A DNA stretch of 43,917 nt, taken from positions 1-43,917 of the forward strand of contig JBMFSH010000022.1 of assembly GCA_049967655.1 (NCBI GenBank), read 5' to 3'. Shown in pieces: positions 34,514 to 43,917 of this stretch. Made by a program: the position numbers and the translations under genes. The notes below the pieces were generated by a model. That model was not told the DNA's origin, did no database searches, and saw only the letters and a list, made by a program, of their open reading frames with translations. The stretch's first letter is position 1; each line of letters begins with the position of its first letter. Source of the stretch: Acidobacteriota bacterium. GTDB lineage: Bacteria; Acidobacteriota; UBA4820; DSQY01.

Positions 34514-37110
34514 CGATGGACTGGGAGGGGTGGGTCCGGGGGCTGAGGGAGCGGCTGGCGAGGGGGGCCGGCGAGGACCCGAGCCGGGCGCTCCAGCGCA
34601 AATACGAGGCCTTCAAACGCCTGGTCGCGGCCAACAACGCCGCCCTCGATCTCATGGCGGATCTCCAGGCCAAGGCCTCCGGCGAGTACCTCTTCGACAT
34701 GGCCTACGTTCGGCAGGCCGTGGGCCGGCTGATGGAGGAGGGCCGGGCTTCCGTCGCGGCTCTGGACGAGCTCTCCGACGGGCGCTACCGGGGGCTCCGG
34801 CCGGCGCTGGCGCGCGTGGAGGAGGCGGTGAGCGGCTCCATGGCCCAGGCCGCCGGCCCGCCTCCCGGGCCGCCGGTGCTGGACCTGTCGGCCATCCCGG
34901 AGGTGCCCGTGGAGCTCGTGGGGAACAAGAACCTCCGCCTGGCCGAGATCCGCTCGAAGGTGGGGCTGCCCGTGCCCGACGGCTTCGTGGTCACCAGCCG
35001 GGCCTGCCGCGACTTTCTGGAGGCCGGCGCGCTGCTGGGAACCCTCTCGGAGACGGTCCAGGGGCTGGTGCTGGCGGACCAGGCGGCCCTCGTCCGGATC
35101 AGCGCCCTCATCGCCCGGGAGATCGCCGCCGTCCCCTGGCCCGCCGACCGAGCCCACGCCATCCTCGATAGCTACGACGGCCTCGCCCGGCGCCTGGGGC
35201 GCTCCTCCCCCCTGGTCTCGGTCCGCTCGAGCGCCGTGGGGGAGGACGGGGAGTTCAGCTTCGCGGGCCAGTACGCGACCCTCCTCAACGTGGGCCGGGA
35301 CCGCCTCCTGGAGGCCTGCAAGGAGGTCATAGCGAGCCAGTTCAGCCCGCGGGCCCTGGTCTACTACAAGGCCAGGGGGCTCTCCGATGCGCTGCTACCC
35401 ATGGCCGTGGGCGTCATCGCCATGGTGGACGGCCGGGCCAGCGGCGTCCTCTACACGCGGGATCCGCAGGAGCCGGACTCGGACGCCATGCTCGTGGCGG
35501 GCCACTGGGGGCTCGGCCCAACCACCGTGGACGGCCGCAGCACGCCCGATCTCTTCCGGGTGTCGAGGGAGGAGGGCCACGCCGTGCTGGGAAGCACCGT
35601 GGCCCGGAAGGAGACGATGCTCCTGTGCCGCGAGGGCGAGGGCCTCGTGGAGACCGCCGTGCCCGGCTGGATGCGGGAGCAGCCCTGTCTAACACGGGAC
35701 CAGCTCGCCCTCCTGGGCGAATACGGCCTCCGGCTCGAGGAGCACTACGGGCGGGCCCAGGACGTGGAGTGGGCGGTGGACGCCGAGGAGCGCGTGCTCA
35801 TCCTCCAGTCCAGGCCCCTGAGGCTGGCCTCCCGGGCGACGCCCGGGCCCGGGGTGGCGGCCCTGCGCCAGGGGCTGGAGCCGATCCTCTCCGAGGGGGT
35901 GATCGCTTCGCGCGGCGTGGGCGCCGGCCCCGTGGCCCTCCTCGCCAGCGAGGAGGAGTTGGGCGCGGTGCCCGCCGGGGCCGTCCTCGTCGCCCGAGCC
36001 GCCTCGCCGCAGCTGGCCGAGGCGGTGCACCGCGTGGCCGCCGTCGTCACGGAGGCGGGCTCGGCAGCCAGCCACCTGGCCACCGTGGCGCGCGAGTTCC
36101 GGGTCCCCGCCATCGTCGGTGTCCGGGGAGCCATGGAGCGCCTGCACCCCGGCCAGGTCGTGACGGTGGACGCGGAGATGGGCAACATCTACGAGGGGCG
36201 CCAGGAGTCCCTGCTCGCGGCGGCGGCCGCGTCGCGCGCGCAGGAGTCGGCCGACTCTCCCCTCTTCCGGCGTCTACGAGAGGTTCTCTCCCACCTCACG
36301 CCGCTGAACCTCACCGATCCCAGGGCTCGCCAGTTCAAGCCCTCGGGCTGCCGCACCCTGCACGACCTGCTCCGCTTCTCCCACGAGATGGCGGTCCAGG
36401 AGATGTTCCTGGCGGGCGGACGCGCCACGGCCGGCGCGCGCGGGGCGCTGAAACTCCGGAGCCCCATCCCCCTCGACTTCACCTTCATCGACCTGGGGGG
36501 CGGGCTGGAGGTGCCCGAGGGGAGCCGCACGGTGGCCCCCGAACAGTTCCGGTGCGAGCCGCTCCTGGCGGTGTGGCGGGGGGTGGCCGAGGTTCCGTGG
36601 GACACCGGCTCCGCCGTGGACGCCCGCGCCGCGGCCTCCACCATCGCCTCTACGCTGTCCTCGGGCGACCTCCTCCAGCGGATGGCCGAGCCGAACTTCG
36701 CGGTGGTCTCCCGCTCCTACCTGAACCTCTGCTTCCGCCTCGGCTTCCACTTCTCCCGCGTGGACGCCTCGCTCTCCGACGACGATGCCTCCAACTACGC
36801 CGCCTTTCTCTTCCACGGCGGGGCGGCGGACGCGGCGGGCAAGACGCGCCGCGTGGCCTTCATGGCCAAGGTCCTGGAGCAGGCGGGGTTCTCGGTCTCA
36901 GCCCGGGAGGACGCCCTCTTCGCCCGCCTCGACAGGTCTGGCCGGGCGGGGCTGGAGGCGGCGCTGAGGCTGCTGGGGCGGCTCCTGGTGGTGACGCGGC
37001 AGGCGGACACCCTCATGACCGACGAGGGGGCCGCGGAGAGGGCGACCCGCGCCTTTCTCGCGGGTGACTTCACGCTCGGGCTTCGGCCCGGCACCAGAGA
37101 AGGGAGGTAG
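34510..37110 (+). CDS. PEP synthase/PPDK-like protein 2 (paralog)
   Basis: RSSAVGED, SFAGQY, DVEWA, LQSRP, GSAASHLATVAREFRVPA; ATGA overlap with paralog 1. Confidence 0.88.
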   Translation: MTMDWEGWVRGLRERLARGAGEDPSRALQRKYEAFKRLVAANNAALDLMADLQAKASGEYLFDMAYVRQAVGRLMEEGRASVAALDELSDGRYRGLRPALARVEEAVSGSMAQAAGPPPGPPVLDLSAIPEVPVELVGNKNLRLAEIRSKVGLPVPDGFVVTSRACRDFLEAGALLGTLSETVQGLVLADQAALVRISALIAREIAAVPWPADRAHAILDSYDGLARRLGRSSPLVSVRSSAVGEDGEFSFAGQYATLLNVGRDRLLEACKEVIASQFSPRALVYYKARGLSDALLPMAVGVIAMVDGRASGVLYTRDPQEPDSDAMLVAGHWGLGPTTVDGRSTPDLFRVSREEGHAVLGSTVARKETMLLCREGEGLVETAVPGWMREQPCLTRDQLALLGEYGLRLEEHYGRAQDVEWAVDAEERVLILQSRPLRLASRATPGPGVAALRQGLEPILSEGVIASRGVGAGPVALLASEEELGAVPAGAVLVARAASPQLAEAVHRVAAVVTEAGSAASHLATVAREFRVPAIVGVRGAMERLHPGQVVTVDAEMGNIYEGRQESLLAAAAASRAQESADSPLFRRLREVLSHLTPLNLTDPRARQFKPSGCRTLHDLLRFSHEMAVQEMFLAGGRATAGARGALKLRSPIPLDFTFIDLGGGLEVPEGSRTVAPEQFRCEPLLAVWRGVAEVPWDTGSAVDARAAASTIASTLSSGDLLQRMAEPNFAVVSRSYLNLCFRLGFHFSRVDASLSDDDASNYAAFLFHGGAADAAGKTRRVAFMAKVLEQAGFSVSAREDALFARLDRSGRAGLEAALRLLGRLLVVTRQADTLMTDEGAAERATRAFLAGDFTLGLRPGTREGR

Positions 37111-37112
37111 CC

Positions 37113-38921
37113 GTGCGCTGGTACCAAAACCGAAGGGTCGTGCCCCTCGTCGGCATGGTCGCCGCGGCGGCCCTGCTCGTGGCGGCCTTCATCCTGGGGC
37201 TGGTCTCCTTCGGCAAGATGCGGCAGGTGGTGTCCCAGGAGTTCAACCAGCAGCAGCTCGTGCTGGCCGAGAACCTGGCCGTCCTGATCCACCAGGACCT
37301 GGATTTTCTGCGGCGCGAGCTGCTGGTCCTCAACGAGTCTCCCAGCCTGAGCCAGCCCGGGAGCAAGGACTGGAAGAGCCGCCTTCAGGTGACCCTCCGC
37401 TCGGTCCAGAGCGACGAGCTCCTGGAGATCCGGTACGTGGACGCCTCGGGCGAGACGTGCGAGGTGTGCGATGCGCGGGGGCGCGTCCGGCTGGAGCGGG
37501 GCACCTACGCCGAGGAGCCCTACTTCCGGTGGGCCCAGAGGCCCGAGAACCGCGGCCGCGTCTACCTGGGGGACCGGCTGCCGGTGGAGGAGGCCCGCCT
37601 CGGCGGCCGTCCGCTCCTCCTGCTGGCCACGCCCCACTACCCCGCCTCCCGCGGTGGGCTCGGGCCTCACCCGCCGCACGTCTTCTCGGGGGTACTCCTC
37701 TTCGTGGTGGACGCCTCCGCCCTCGCCACGCGCTTCACCGAGGACGCCCGGTCGGGCACCTCGGGCTACGCCTGGGTGATCAACGAGAAGGGGACCTTCC
37801 TGGCCCACCCCATGCGGGATTTCATCGGCCAGAACGCCTTCACCGCCCGCCAGAGAAAGGACCCCAGGATGGGCTTCGAGGGGATCAACGTGATCATGCG
37901 CGAGCGGATGCTCAAGGGCCAGTCGGGCACCGGCGAGTACGTCTCGGGCTGGCACCGGCAGATCCGGGGGCCCGTCCGGAAGCTCATCGGATTCGCCCCC
38001 GTGATCCTGGACCACGACCGGCGGGAGGTGCTCTGGTCGGTGGCCGTCGTGGCCCCGGTGAGCGAGGTCCAGGGCATGGTGCGCGCCCTCTTCCTGCGGC
38101 AGTTCTTCGTGCAGACCGCCATCTTCCTGGCCATCCTGGCGGGCCTCCTCTCGCTAATCCGCCTGGAGCGCTACTGGGGCCAGATCAAGAAGCAGAAGGA
38201 GCAGCAGATCAACCTCAGCGCCCGCCTGGCGGCCCTCGGCACCCTGGCCGCCGGCGTGGCGCACGAGATCAACAATCCCATCGCCATCATCCTCGGCTTC
38301 ACGGACCTGCTCCTCGAAGGGGAGAAGCCGGGCACCAAGGTCTACGAACAGCTCAAGATCATCGAGAGGCAGGGGCTGGCCTGCAAGAAGATCGTGGAGA
38401 ACCTGAACCGCTTCGCGCGGGTGCCCGAGCAGGCCGCCGAGACCGCCGACGTCAACGAGGAGCTCCAGCGCATGGTGGAGATGGTTCAGAACACCCTGCT
38501 CACAGAAAAGGTGCGGGTCGTGACGGAGCTGGAGCCCGGACTCCCTCGCGTCATCGGGGAGCCGCACGGACTCCAGCAGGTGCTCCTCAACCTCGTGACC
38601 AACGCCAGGGCCGCCATGCGCGACGGGGGCGTGCTCACGCTCCGCACGCGGCGCACCGGCGAGTGGGTGGAGATCGCCGTGAGCGATACGGGCCAAGGGA
38701 TACGACAAGACGATCTGGAGAGGATCTTCGACCCTTTCTTCACCACGAAGGCTCCGGGCGAGGGGACGGGCCTTGGGCTCTCCATCAGCCACGGCATCAT
38801 CGAAAACGCGGGCGGCACCATCACCGTGACGAGCGTCCACGAGTCCGAGGCGGGCGGCCAGCCGTCGGGGAGCACCTTCGTGATCCGCCTCCGGACGGCG
38901 CCCCCGGAGGAGGAGGCGTGA
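37113..38921 (+). CDS. Sensor histidine kinase with large periplasmic Cache-like domain
   Basis: Two TMs flanking ~300 aa (GYAWVINEKGTFLAHP); VAHEINNPI, FFTTK, GTGLGL. Confidence 0.93.
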   Translation: MRWYQNRRVVPLVGMVAAAALLVAAFILGLVSFGKMRQVVSQEFNQQQLVLAENLAVLIHQDLDFLRRELLVLNESPSLSQPGSKDWKSRLQVTLRSVQSDELLEIRYVDASGETCEVCDARGRVRLERGTYAEEPYFRWAQRPENRGRVYLGDRLPVEEARLGGRPLLLLATPHYPASRGGLGPHPPHVFSGVLLFVVDASALATRFTEDARSGTSGYAWVINEKGTFLAHPMRDFIGQNAFTARQRKDPRMGFEGINVIMRERMLKGQSGTGEYVSGWHRQIRGPVRKLIGFAPVILDHDRREVLWSVAVVAPVSEVQGMVRALFLRQFFVQTAIFLAILAGLLSLIRLERYWGQIKKQKEQQINLSARLAALGTLAAGVAHEINNPIAIILGFTDLLLEGEKPGTKVYEQLKIIERQGLACKKIVENLNRFARVPEQAAETADVNEELQRMVEMVQNTLLTEKVRVVTELEPGLPRVIGEPHGLQQVLLNLVTNARAAMRDGGVLTLRTRRTGEWVEIAVSDTGQGIRQDDLERIFDPFFTTKAPGEGTGLGLSISHGIIENAGGTITVTSVHESEAGGQPSGSTFVIRLRTAPPEEEA

Positions 38922-39070
38922 TACCATTTCCAAGACGAGATCCGGCTAAGGAGCACACGAGGGGCACGGGGTTCTGCAATGAAGGAACGCATTTCCCTGC
39001 GCCCTCTTTGTGCTCCGCGGCGCCGATCTCATGGGCCTTCGGCGCGGGGGGCCGCGAGAGGAGATAGGCC

Positions 39071-39475
39071 ATGGCGGAGAGAATTCTGATCCTGGATGAC
39101 GAAGTGGACATGCTCCTGCTGCTGGAGACCATCATCACCTCCAAGACCGACCACGAGGTCGTCACCACTAATAACCCGCTGGAGCTGGAGGAGCTCCTGA
39201 GGACCCACTCCTTCGGAATGGTGATCTCGGACCTGAAGATGCTCGGCCGGGACGGCCTGGAGGTCATCGGCGTGGTCCACGCCCACGACCCCGCCCTCCC
39301 GGTGGTCATCATCACGGCCTACGGAAGCCTGGAGTCGGCTCAGGAGGCCGTCCGGCGGGGCGCCTACGACTACATCACCAAGCCCTTCCGCAAGGAGCAG
39401 GTGCTCATCGCCATCGAGCGCGCCCTCGAATGGCGCCGTATCACCCGGGAGAACGAGCAGCTCAAGGGCCGGTGA
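39071..39475 (+). CDS. Single-domain response regulator (NtrC-receiver-like)
   Basis: ILDDE, ISDLKM, ITAYG, ITKP; ends after a short helical tail. Confidence 0.92.
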   Translation: MAERILILDDEVDMLLLLETIITSKTDHEVVTTNNPLELEELLRTHSFGMVISDLKMLGRDGLEVIGVVHAHDPALPVVIITAYGSLESAQEAVRRGAYDYITKPFRKEQVLIAIERALEWRRITRENEQLKGR

Positions 39476-39553
39476 GGTCGGGAACGCCGTGGAGCGACCA
39501 TGGCCATGGACGGGTTCCTGAAGGACCGGCCCGAGATGCACCTGGGCCAGGAA

Positions 39554-39869
39554 CCCCAACCCCGCGATGGAACGGGGGAAAGAGCATGGAAATCAGGTGG
39601 AACAAGCCATTGAAGAAGAGGCCCTTGTCCCTTATCAAGGGATTGGGGCGCCCTCGATCCAAGGGCGAGAAGGGCACCAAGGGTGGGGTGAGGCTCCACG
39701 GGCTTGGCCCGTGGAGCTGGGCTCCGCAGGGCAATCTCCCGAACCGTCGGGCTTGGCTCGCGGTTCGGGGGGCAAGGCCATGGCCCTCCCCGTCCAGGAG
39801 ACAATGCCTTTCTCCCATGAACCCGAGCGATAGCCGAAGGCGCCCGCGTTTCCATCGCGGGATTTGGGG
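39554..39869 (+). mobile_element. MITE-like element (family A), full copy
   Basis: Co-linear with 4753..5068; ends CCCCAACCCCGCGATGGAA / TTCCATCGCGGGATTTGGGG. Confidence 0.85.
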
Positions 39870-40321
39870 GGAGGCCGGATTGCCGATTGAAGAGTGCAGT
39901 TCACAGATTGAAGACAGCAAAGGATCGGAGGGAGATCTTCGCAGCGGCCGCCAATCCTTGCGGCCGTTCGGCCGACGGCAGCATCGGCCGCTACGGGCGG
40001 GCGGCGGACTTGGAGGGAGCGCGACCTGGAGGCCGCTCCCACGGCGGGCACGGGCCACTGGCGCGAGGCAACTCAAGAGGCCGCCGCGCCGTCCTCGCAC
40101 CATCCATCACGCCCCGGTCAATCTCCCCACCCCAAATTCCTAGTGCCTTCGTGCCTTGGTGTCTTGCTGGTAAATCTCCTTTCCCTTTCCGAATCCCGCC
40201 TTCCCTCTCGCCCGTTTGTCCCCGATCCCGGCGGGCCGTATACTACTGGTGAAGCCTGCACAGGGGCGCGGCGGGATCTCGCGGGAGGGGACTCGGCGGC
40301 CGCCGCCTGAGGGGGGGGACC

Positions 40322-41872
40322 ATGAGCGATTCGCCGGTGGCCAACCGCCGCACCAGCCACAGCCTACCCCTTCAGCGGGAGCTGGAAGAGGCCCAGCGGG
40401 TGATCCTCTCGCGCCCCTCCATTCCCATCCGCCATCGCCTGATCCTCAGCCTGATGCTCTGCTTCATCCTCTGCGGCCTCTTCGGCCTGGTGGCGCTCAC
40501 CCGCATCCGCCAGGTGCGCGGCCAGCTCGACCTCCTGGAGGCCCTGGAGATGCTCTACAGCCGGTCCCTCCGTGTCCAGCTCCTGGAGCGCCAGGAGGGA
40601 AGCTCGGTGGAGGCCCTGCGCGATGCGAGGGCGCGGGTCGAGGAGGCCGAGGCGCTCCTCATGGCGGACAAGGGACAGCAGCGCAGCCCGAGCGAGGCCG
40701 AGGCCTACTCCAAGCTGCTCTCCAGGCTGGCCGAGTACCGCAGCCTCCTGGGGCGGCTGGAATCCACCGCCAACGCAGAGGAGCGCGGCCGGGAGATGGC
40801 CGCCGCCCAGGCCCTGGAGGCCGAGATCGCCTTCCGGGGGCGCGAGCTCGTCCACCGGGAGCGCAGTTCCGTGGCGCGTCTCCTGCACAGCTCCGAGATG
40901 CTCTTCGGCACCATGCTGGCCGTCCTGCTGGGATTCTTCCTCCTCATCACCTTCTTCTTCACGCGGGCCCTGATGGACCCCATCCGGCGCTTCCAGGCCT
41001 ACACTCGGCGCATCGCCCAGGGCGACTTCAGCCTCATCCGGCCCGCCCGGGCTTACCGCGACGAGTTCTCCGAGCTCGCCCTGGCCGTCAACCAGATGCT
41101 GGCCGAGTTCCAGGCCAACCAGGAGAAGCTCATCCAGGCCGGCAAGCTTACGGCCATGGGCACCATCACCTCGGGCATCGCCCACGAGCTCAACAACCCT
41201 CTGAACAACGTCGCCATCACCGCCGAGGCCCTCATGGAGGACTTCAAGGCCCTCAGCGACGAGGAGAAGTGGAGGCTGCTGCAGGACATCTACTTCGAGA
41301 CCGAGCGGGCGGGCGAGATCGTCAAGAGCCTCCTGGACTTCACCCGGGACGAGCGGCCCGAACTGGTGCCCGTGGACCTCCTGGAGGTGATCGAAGCCAC
41401 CCGCCGCATCGCCCAGAACGAGATGGTCCTCAACGGCGTCCGCTTCGAGCTGAGGGCGCCGCCCGGACTGCCGCGCGTTCGCGGCGCCGCCAACCAGTTG
41501 CGGCAGGTCTTCCTCAACCTCTTCCTGAACGCCGTCCAGGCCATGCCGGGGGGCGGGCCCCTGACGGTGGAGGTCGCGGTGGAGAAGGGCTCGGACCGCG
41601 TCTGCGTGGAGGTCCGCGACGAGGGCACCGGCATCCCGCCCGAGCACATGCCCCACGTCTTCGACCCCTTCTTCACGACCAAGGAGCCGGGCAAGGGGAC
41701 GGGGCTCGGCCTCTCCATCTGCTACAGCATCATCCAGAAACACGGCGGAACGATCGAAGCGACCAGCGAGCGGGGGCGGGGCACCACCTTCCACGTCTGC
41801 CTGCCCCTCGCAAACGGCGAGAAGACGGGAACAGCCGGCCCGCGCCTTGACCGCGGGCCGGCGAAAGCCTAA
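40322..41872 (+). CDS. HAMP-domain sensor histidine kinase with helical periplasmic domain
   Basis: Two TMs, HAMP (PIRRF..IAQGDF..DEFSELA), IAHELNNPL, FFTTK, GTGLGL. Confidence 0.93.
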   Translation: MSDSPVANRRTSHSLPLQRELEEAQRVILSRPSIPIRHRLILSLMLCFILCGLFGLVALTRIRQVRGQLDLLEALEMLYSRSLRVQLLERQEGSSVEALRDARARVEEAEALLMADKGQQRSPSEAEAYSKLLSRLAEYRSLLGRLESTANAEERGREMAAAQALEAEIAFRGRELVHRERSSVARLLHSSEMLFGTMLAVLLGFFLLITFFFTRALMDPIRRFQAYTRRIAQGDFSLIRPARAYRDEFSELALAVNQMLAEFQANQEKLIQAGKLTAMGTITSGIAHELNNPLNNVAITAEALMEDFKALSDEEKWRLLQDIYFETERAGEIVKSLLDFTRDERPELVPVDLLEVIEATRRIAQNEMVLNGVRFELRAPPGLPRVRGAANQLRQVFLNLFLNAVQAMPGGGPLTVEVAVEKGSDRVCVEVRDEGTGIPPEHMPHVFDPFFTTKEPGKGTGLGLSICYSIIQKHGGTIEATSERGRGTTFHVCLPLANGEKTGTAGPRLDRGPAKA

Positions 41873-41898
41873 GAGTAGGACCATAGGGGGGGTGAACC

Positions 41899-42267
41899 AT
41901 GGCCGAGAAGAGTGTGATGGTGCTGGACGACGAACCGATCGTGGGGGACCGGCTCAAGCCCGTGCTGGAGCGCGAGGGGTTCGAGGTGGAGGTCTTCACG
42001 GAGAGCGAGAGGGCCCTGGAGCGCCTCAAGGAGCGAAGCTTCCACGTCCTCGTGACGGACATGAAGATGAAGGGCCCCTCGGGCATGGACCTGCTCCGCT
42101 TCATCAAGGAGAAGGCCCCCTCCACCCAGGTCATCGTCATCACCGGCTACGCCACCATCGAGACCAGCCACGAGGCCCAGGCCCTTGGCGCCTTCCAGTT
42201 CATCGCCAAGCCCTTCAAGATGAAGGAGCTCGCCAAGCTCGTCAGCAAGGCCGCGCGCGGGGGTTGA
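41899..42267 (+). CDS. Single-domain response regulator
   Basis: VLDDE, VTDMKM, ITGY, IAKP; 122 aa. Confidence 0.92.
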   Translation: MAEKSVMVLDDEPIVGDRLKPVLEREGFEVEVFTESERALERLKERSFHVLVTDMKMKGPSGMDLLRFIKEKAPSTQVIVITGYATIETSHEAQALGAFQFIAKPFKMKELAKLVSKAARGG

Positions 42268-42534
42268 GGGCTCCACTCAGGCTGGACACGGTGCCTGCCC
42301 AACGCTCCGCCTCGTCATTCTGGCGAGCGGGGCGAGTCCAGAATCCAATTCGGGGCAGGCCCGACCGGCGGGGTCGGGAATTCCAGCGAAGAGGGAGCTT
42401 TCCCGATATCCGCGCGTCACTTGTCTTCCGGCTCCATCTGCCGGATCGCTGGAAGCTTCCAACGCCACCCATGAACAGAGGAGGATTGCCGAGGATAAAC
42501 ACCGGCACGGCGTCCCCTCGGCACCTTCCCTCGA

Positions 42535-42786
42535 TCAGGACATGATCTTCCGGAGAATGTGGTAGGCGACCAGGAGGATGACGGCGCCCACCACGGCGCC
42601 GATGAACCCCGCGCCCTGTCCCGCCTTGTACCAGCCGATCATCTGGCCGAGGTAGGTGGCCAGAAACGCCCCCGCGATGCCCAGGAGCATGGTGACGATG
42701 CACCCACCGGGATCCTTGCCCGGCGTGATGATCTTCGCCACGATTCCCGCCAGAAGGCCGATCACCAGTGTCCACAGGATGTGCAT
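42535..42786 (-). CDS. GlsB/YeaQ/YmgE (transglycosylase-associated) membrane protein
   Basis: IGLLAGIVAKIITPGKDPGG..LGIAGA..GFIGAVVGAVILL; GGAGG RBS. Confidence 0.92.
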   Translation of the reverse strand: MHILWTLVIGLLAGIVAKIITPGKDPGGCIVTMLLGIAGAFLATYLGQMIGWYKAGQGAGFIGAVVGAVILLVAYHILRKIMS

Positions 42787-43284
42787 GCGTTCCTCCACGA
42801 TAAACCGAAGCCCCCAGGGCGTCCTCTTTCCCGTCGCTCCGGCAAGCGCGGCGCGTCCGGAGTCCTTCTTTCCGCCGTTCCCCAGCCCCCTTCCGCCTCC
42901 GTATCCTCTCCGCGGGAGCCGGGTTCAGCCCGCGATTCTCAGCCCGGCCGCGGCCTGCACGTCCACGTGCACCGCCGTCAGGAGCGCCGCCTCCAGCGAC
43001 TACCGGACCGCCGCAGACTCCAGTGCGAACCCTTCACGCCTGCCTCCAGGCTCCGGCTCCGCCGCCCGTGCTTCGGAATCACGCTTTGAGCTTGGGCCCG
43101 AACACTATCCGAAGTCAAGAAGAGGAAGGGCCTTGAGGAGGGTTGAACCGCGGAACTCCGCTATTCCGCTTATCCCCCGCACGGTGAACCAGGGATGGCG
43201 TCTCCGGGTTGGGCCCATGCGGCATTCCGGGCTCTGAGCCCGCTTCCCGCGCTGGGTCAGCGAGTCGAGGCGCGAACCGCCTGC

Positions 43285-43584
43285 TCACAGGAAGAACTCC
43301 GGCGCACGCCTCTGGAGGCAGCGCCTCTCCAGCCAGCGCTTCAAGGTGAGGTAGCCGCCATCGGCGAAATACTTGGCCTCCGAGGGGCAGGTCTTGACGC
43401 AGGCGTTGCACCGGATGCACTCGCCGACGATGGCCGAGACGTCGTCGGGATCAATGGCGCTCATGGGGCAGACCTCGACGCACTTCCCGCACTGTTGGCA
43501 GGCCGGCGACGTTTGGGGCTTGGCGCGGCTGAGGTCGATCACCTCCCCCCTCTCGTTCCTCGGCACGGGCAGCTCCCGGTAGGG
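43285..43584 (-). pseudogene. C-terminal 2x[4Fe-4S] fragment of an EFR1-like flavodoxin-ferredoxin
   Basis: PYREL ... CQQCGKCVEVCP ... CIRCNACVKTCP ... PEFFL; no convincing start or RBS; abuts the transposase end. Confidence 0.6.
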
Positions 43585-43589
43585 AATAA

Positions 43590-43917
43590 TTAGGGACAGC
43601 CACCTATTTTCCCTCTTCTTTTCTCGGCCGGCCGATGGGGAGCGGCCTGATGCGGTGTCCCACGAGCGCCTCCATCTTGGCCACGAACTTGTCGCTCCCG
43701 AGAGGGCGGCCCCGACGCGTGTGGAAGCGCATTTCGTCCATCCCCTCCTCCGTGCCCTTCCTGAGTTCCGCCTTCCAATGGCGGATATCCACCCAGCGCG
43801 ACCATCGCTTCATCTCCAGCCACGGCGGCGGCGAGTCGAGCCCGGCGTGGAAGCGCGCGCTTGACCATTCATAGTCCCACGCCATCCGGACCATCTTGGC
43901 CCGGACCGGGTTACGCT
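43590..43917 (-). mobile_element. 3' part of REP-associated tyrosine transposase (RAYT, Y1/IS200-like; stop at 43604) plus downstream end sequence
   Basis: RNPVRAKMV..AWDYEWSSA, GRPLGS..F, GRPRK; 5' part lies beyond the window. Confidence 0.8.

Noticed and set aside
31743..38980. Possible sigma54 promoters at ~31743 (TGGCAAGGCACATTGG) and ~38962 (GGGCACGGGGTTCTGC)
   Set aside because: GG-N10-GC spacing is not satisfied in either.
32098..39067. Alternative-frame long ORFs over the dikinase and kinase genes
   Set aside because: Arg/Gly/Pro-rich off-frame translations without motifs.
39430..40252. ORFs spanning the third MITE copy
   Set aside because: Translations of repeat and intergenic sequence.
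42290..42530. Small hairpin ATTCTGG...CCAGAAT as possible REP or sRNA
   Set aside because: Single short stem with no second copy in the window.
1..43917. CRISPR array, tRNA, rRNA, selenocysteine recoding
   Set aside because: No regularly spaced repeats, no recognisable tRNA or rRNA, and no in-frame TGA interrupting the redox genes.

Overview
High-GC bacterial window with three parts. (1) A ~19.4 kb minus-strand dissimilatory sulfur-metabolism supercluster of 19 co-oriented genes: aprB-aprA-[Zn-finger protein]-[YkgJ-type Cys-cluster protein]-qmoABC-dsrABD-[ferritin-like protein]-dsrL-dsrC-dsrTMKJOP. It has a sigma70-like promoter and a Rex/CRP-like palindrome upstream and an intrinsic terminator downstream. 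dsrD plus a YRR-containing short DsrL and no dsrEFH point to reductive use; this gene set resembles that of Acidobacteriota-like sulfate reducers, but taxonomy is not proven here. sat and dsrN are not in the window. (2) An adjacent oxyanion-transport and signalling island: ChrA; an operon of OprO/P-like porin, DVU0150-like membrane protein, TauE/SafE permease and small lipoprotein; and three histidine kinase/single-domain receiver pairs surrounding two tandem PEP-synthase-like (dikinase-fold) proteins that lack the pyruvate-binding barrel. This island is the best candidate for an undescribed system. (3) Flanks with squalene/phytoene synthase, Fpr, a cupin, an RlmL-like methyltransferase, a GlsB/YeaQ protein, several MITE/REP-like repeat families, two gene remnants and the 3' end of a REP-associated tyrosine transposase. 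All calls come from motif recognition by eye; no searches were run.
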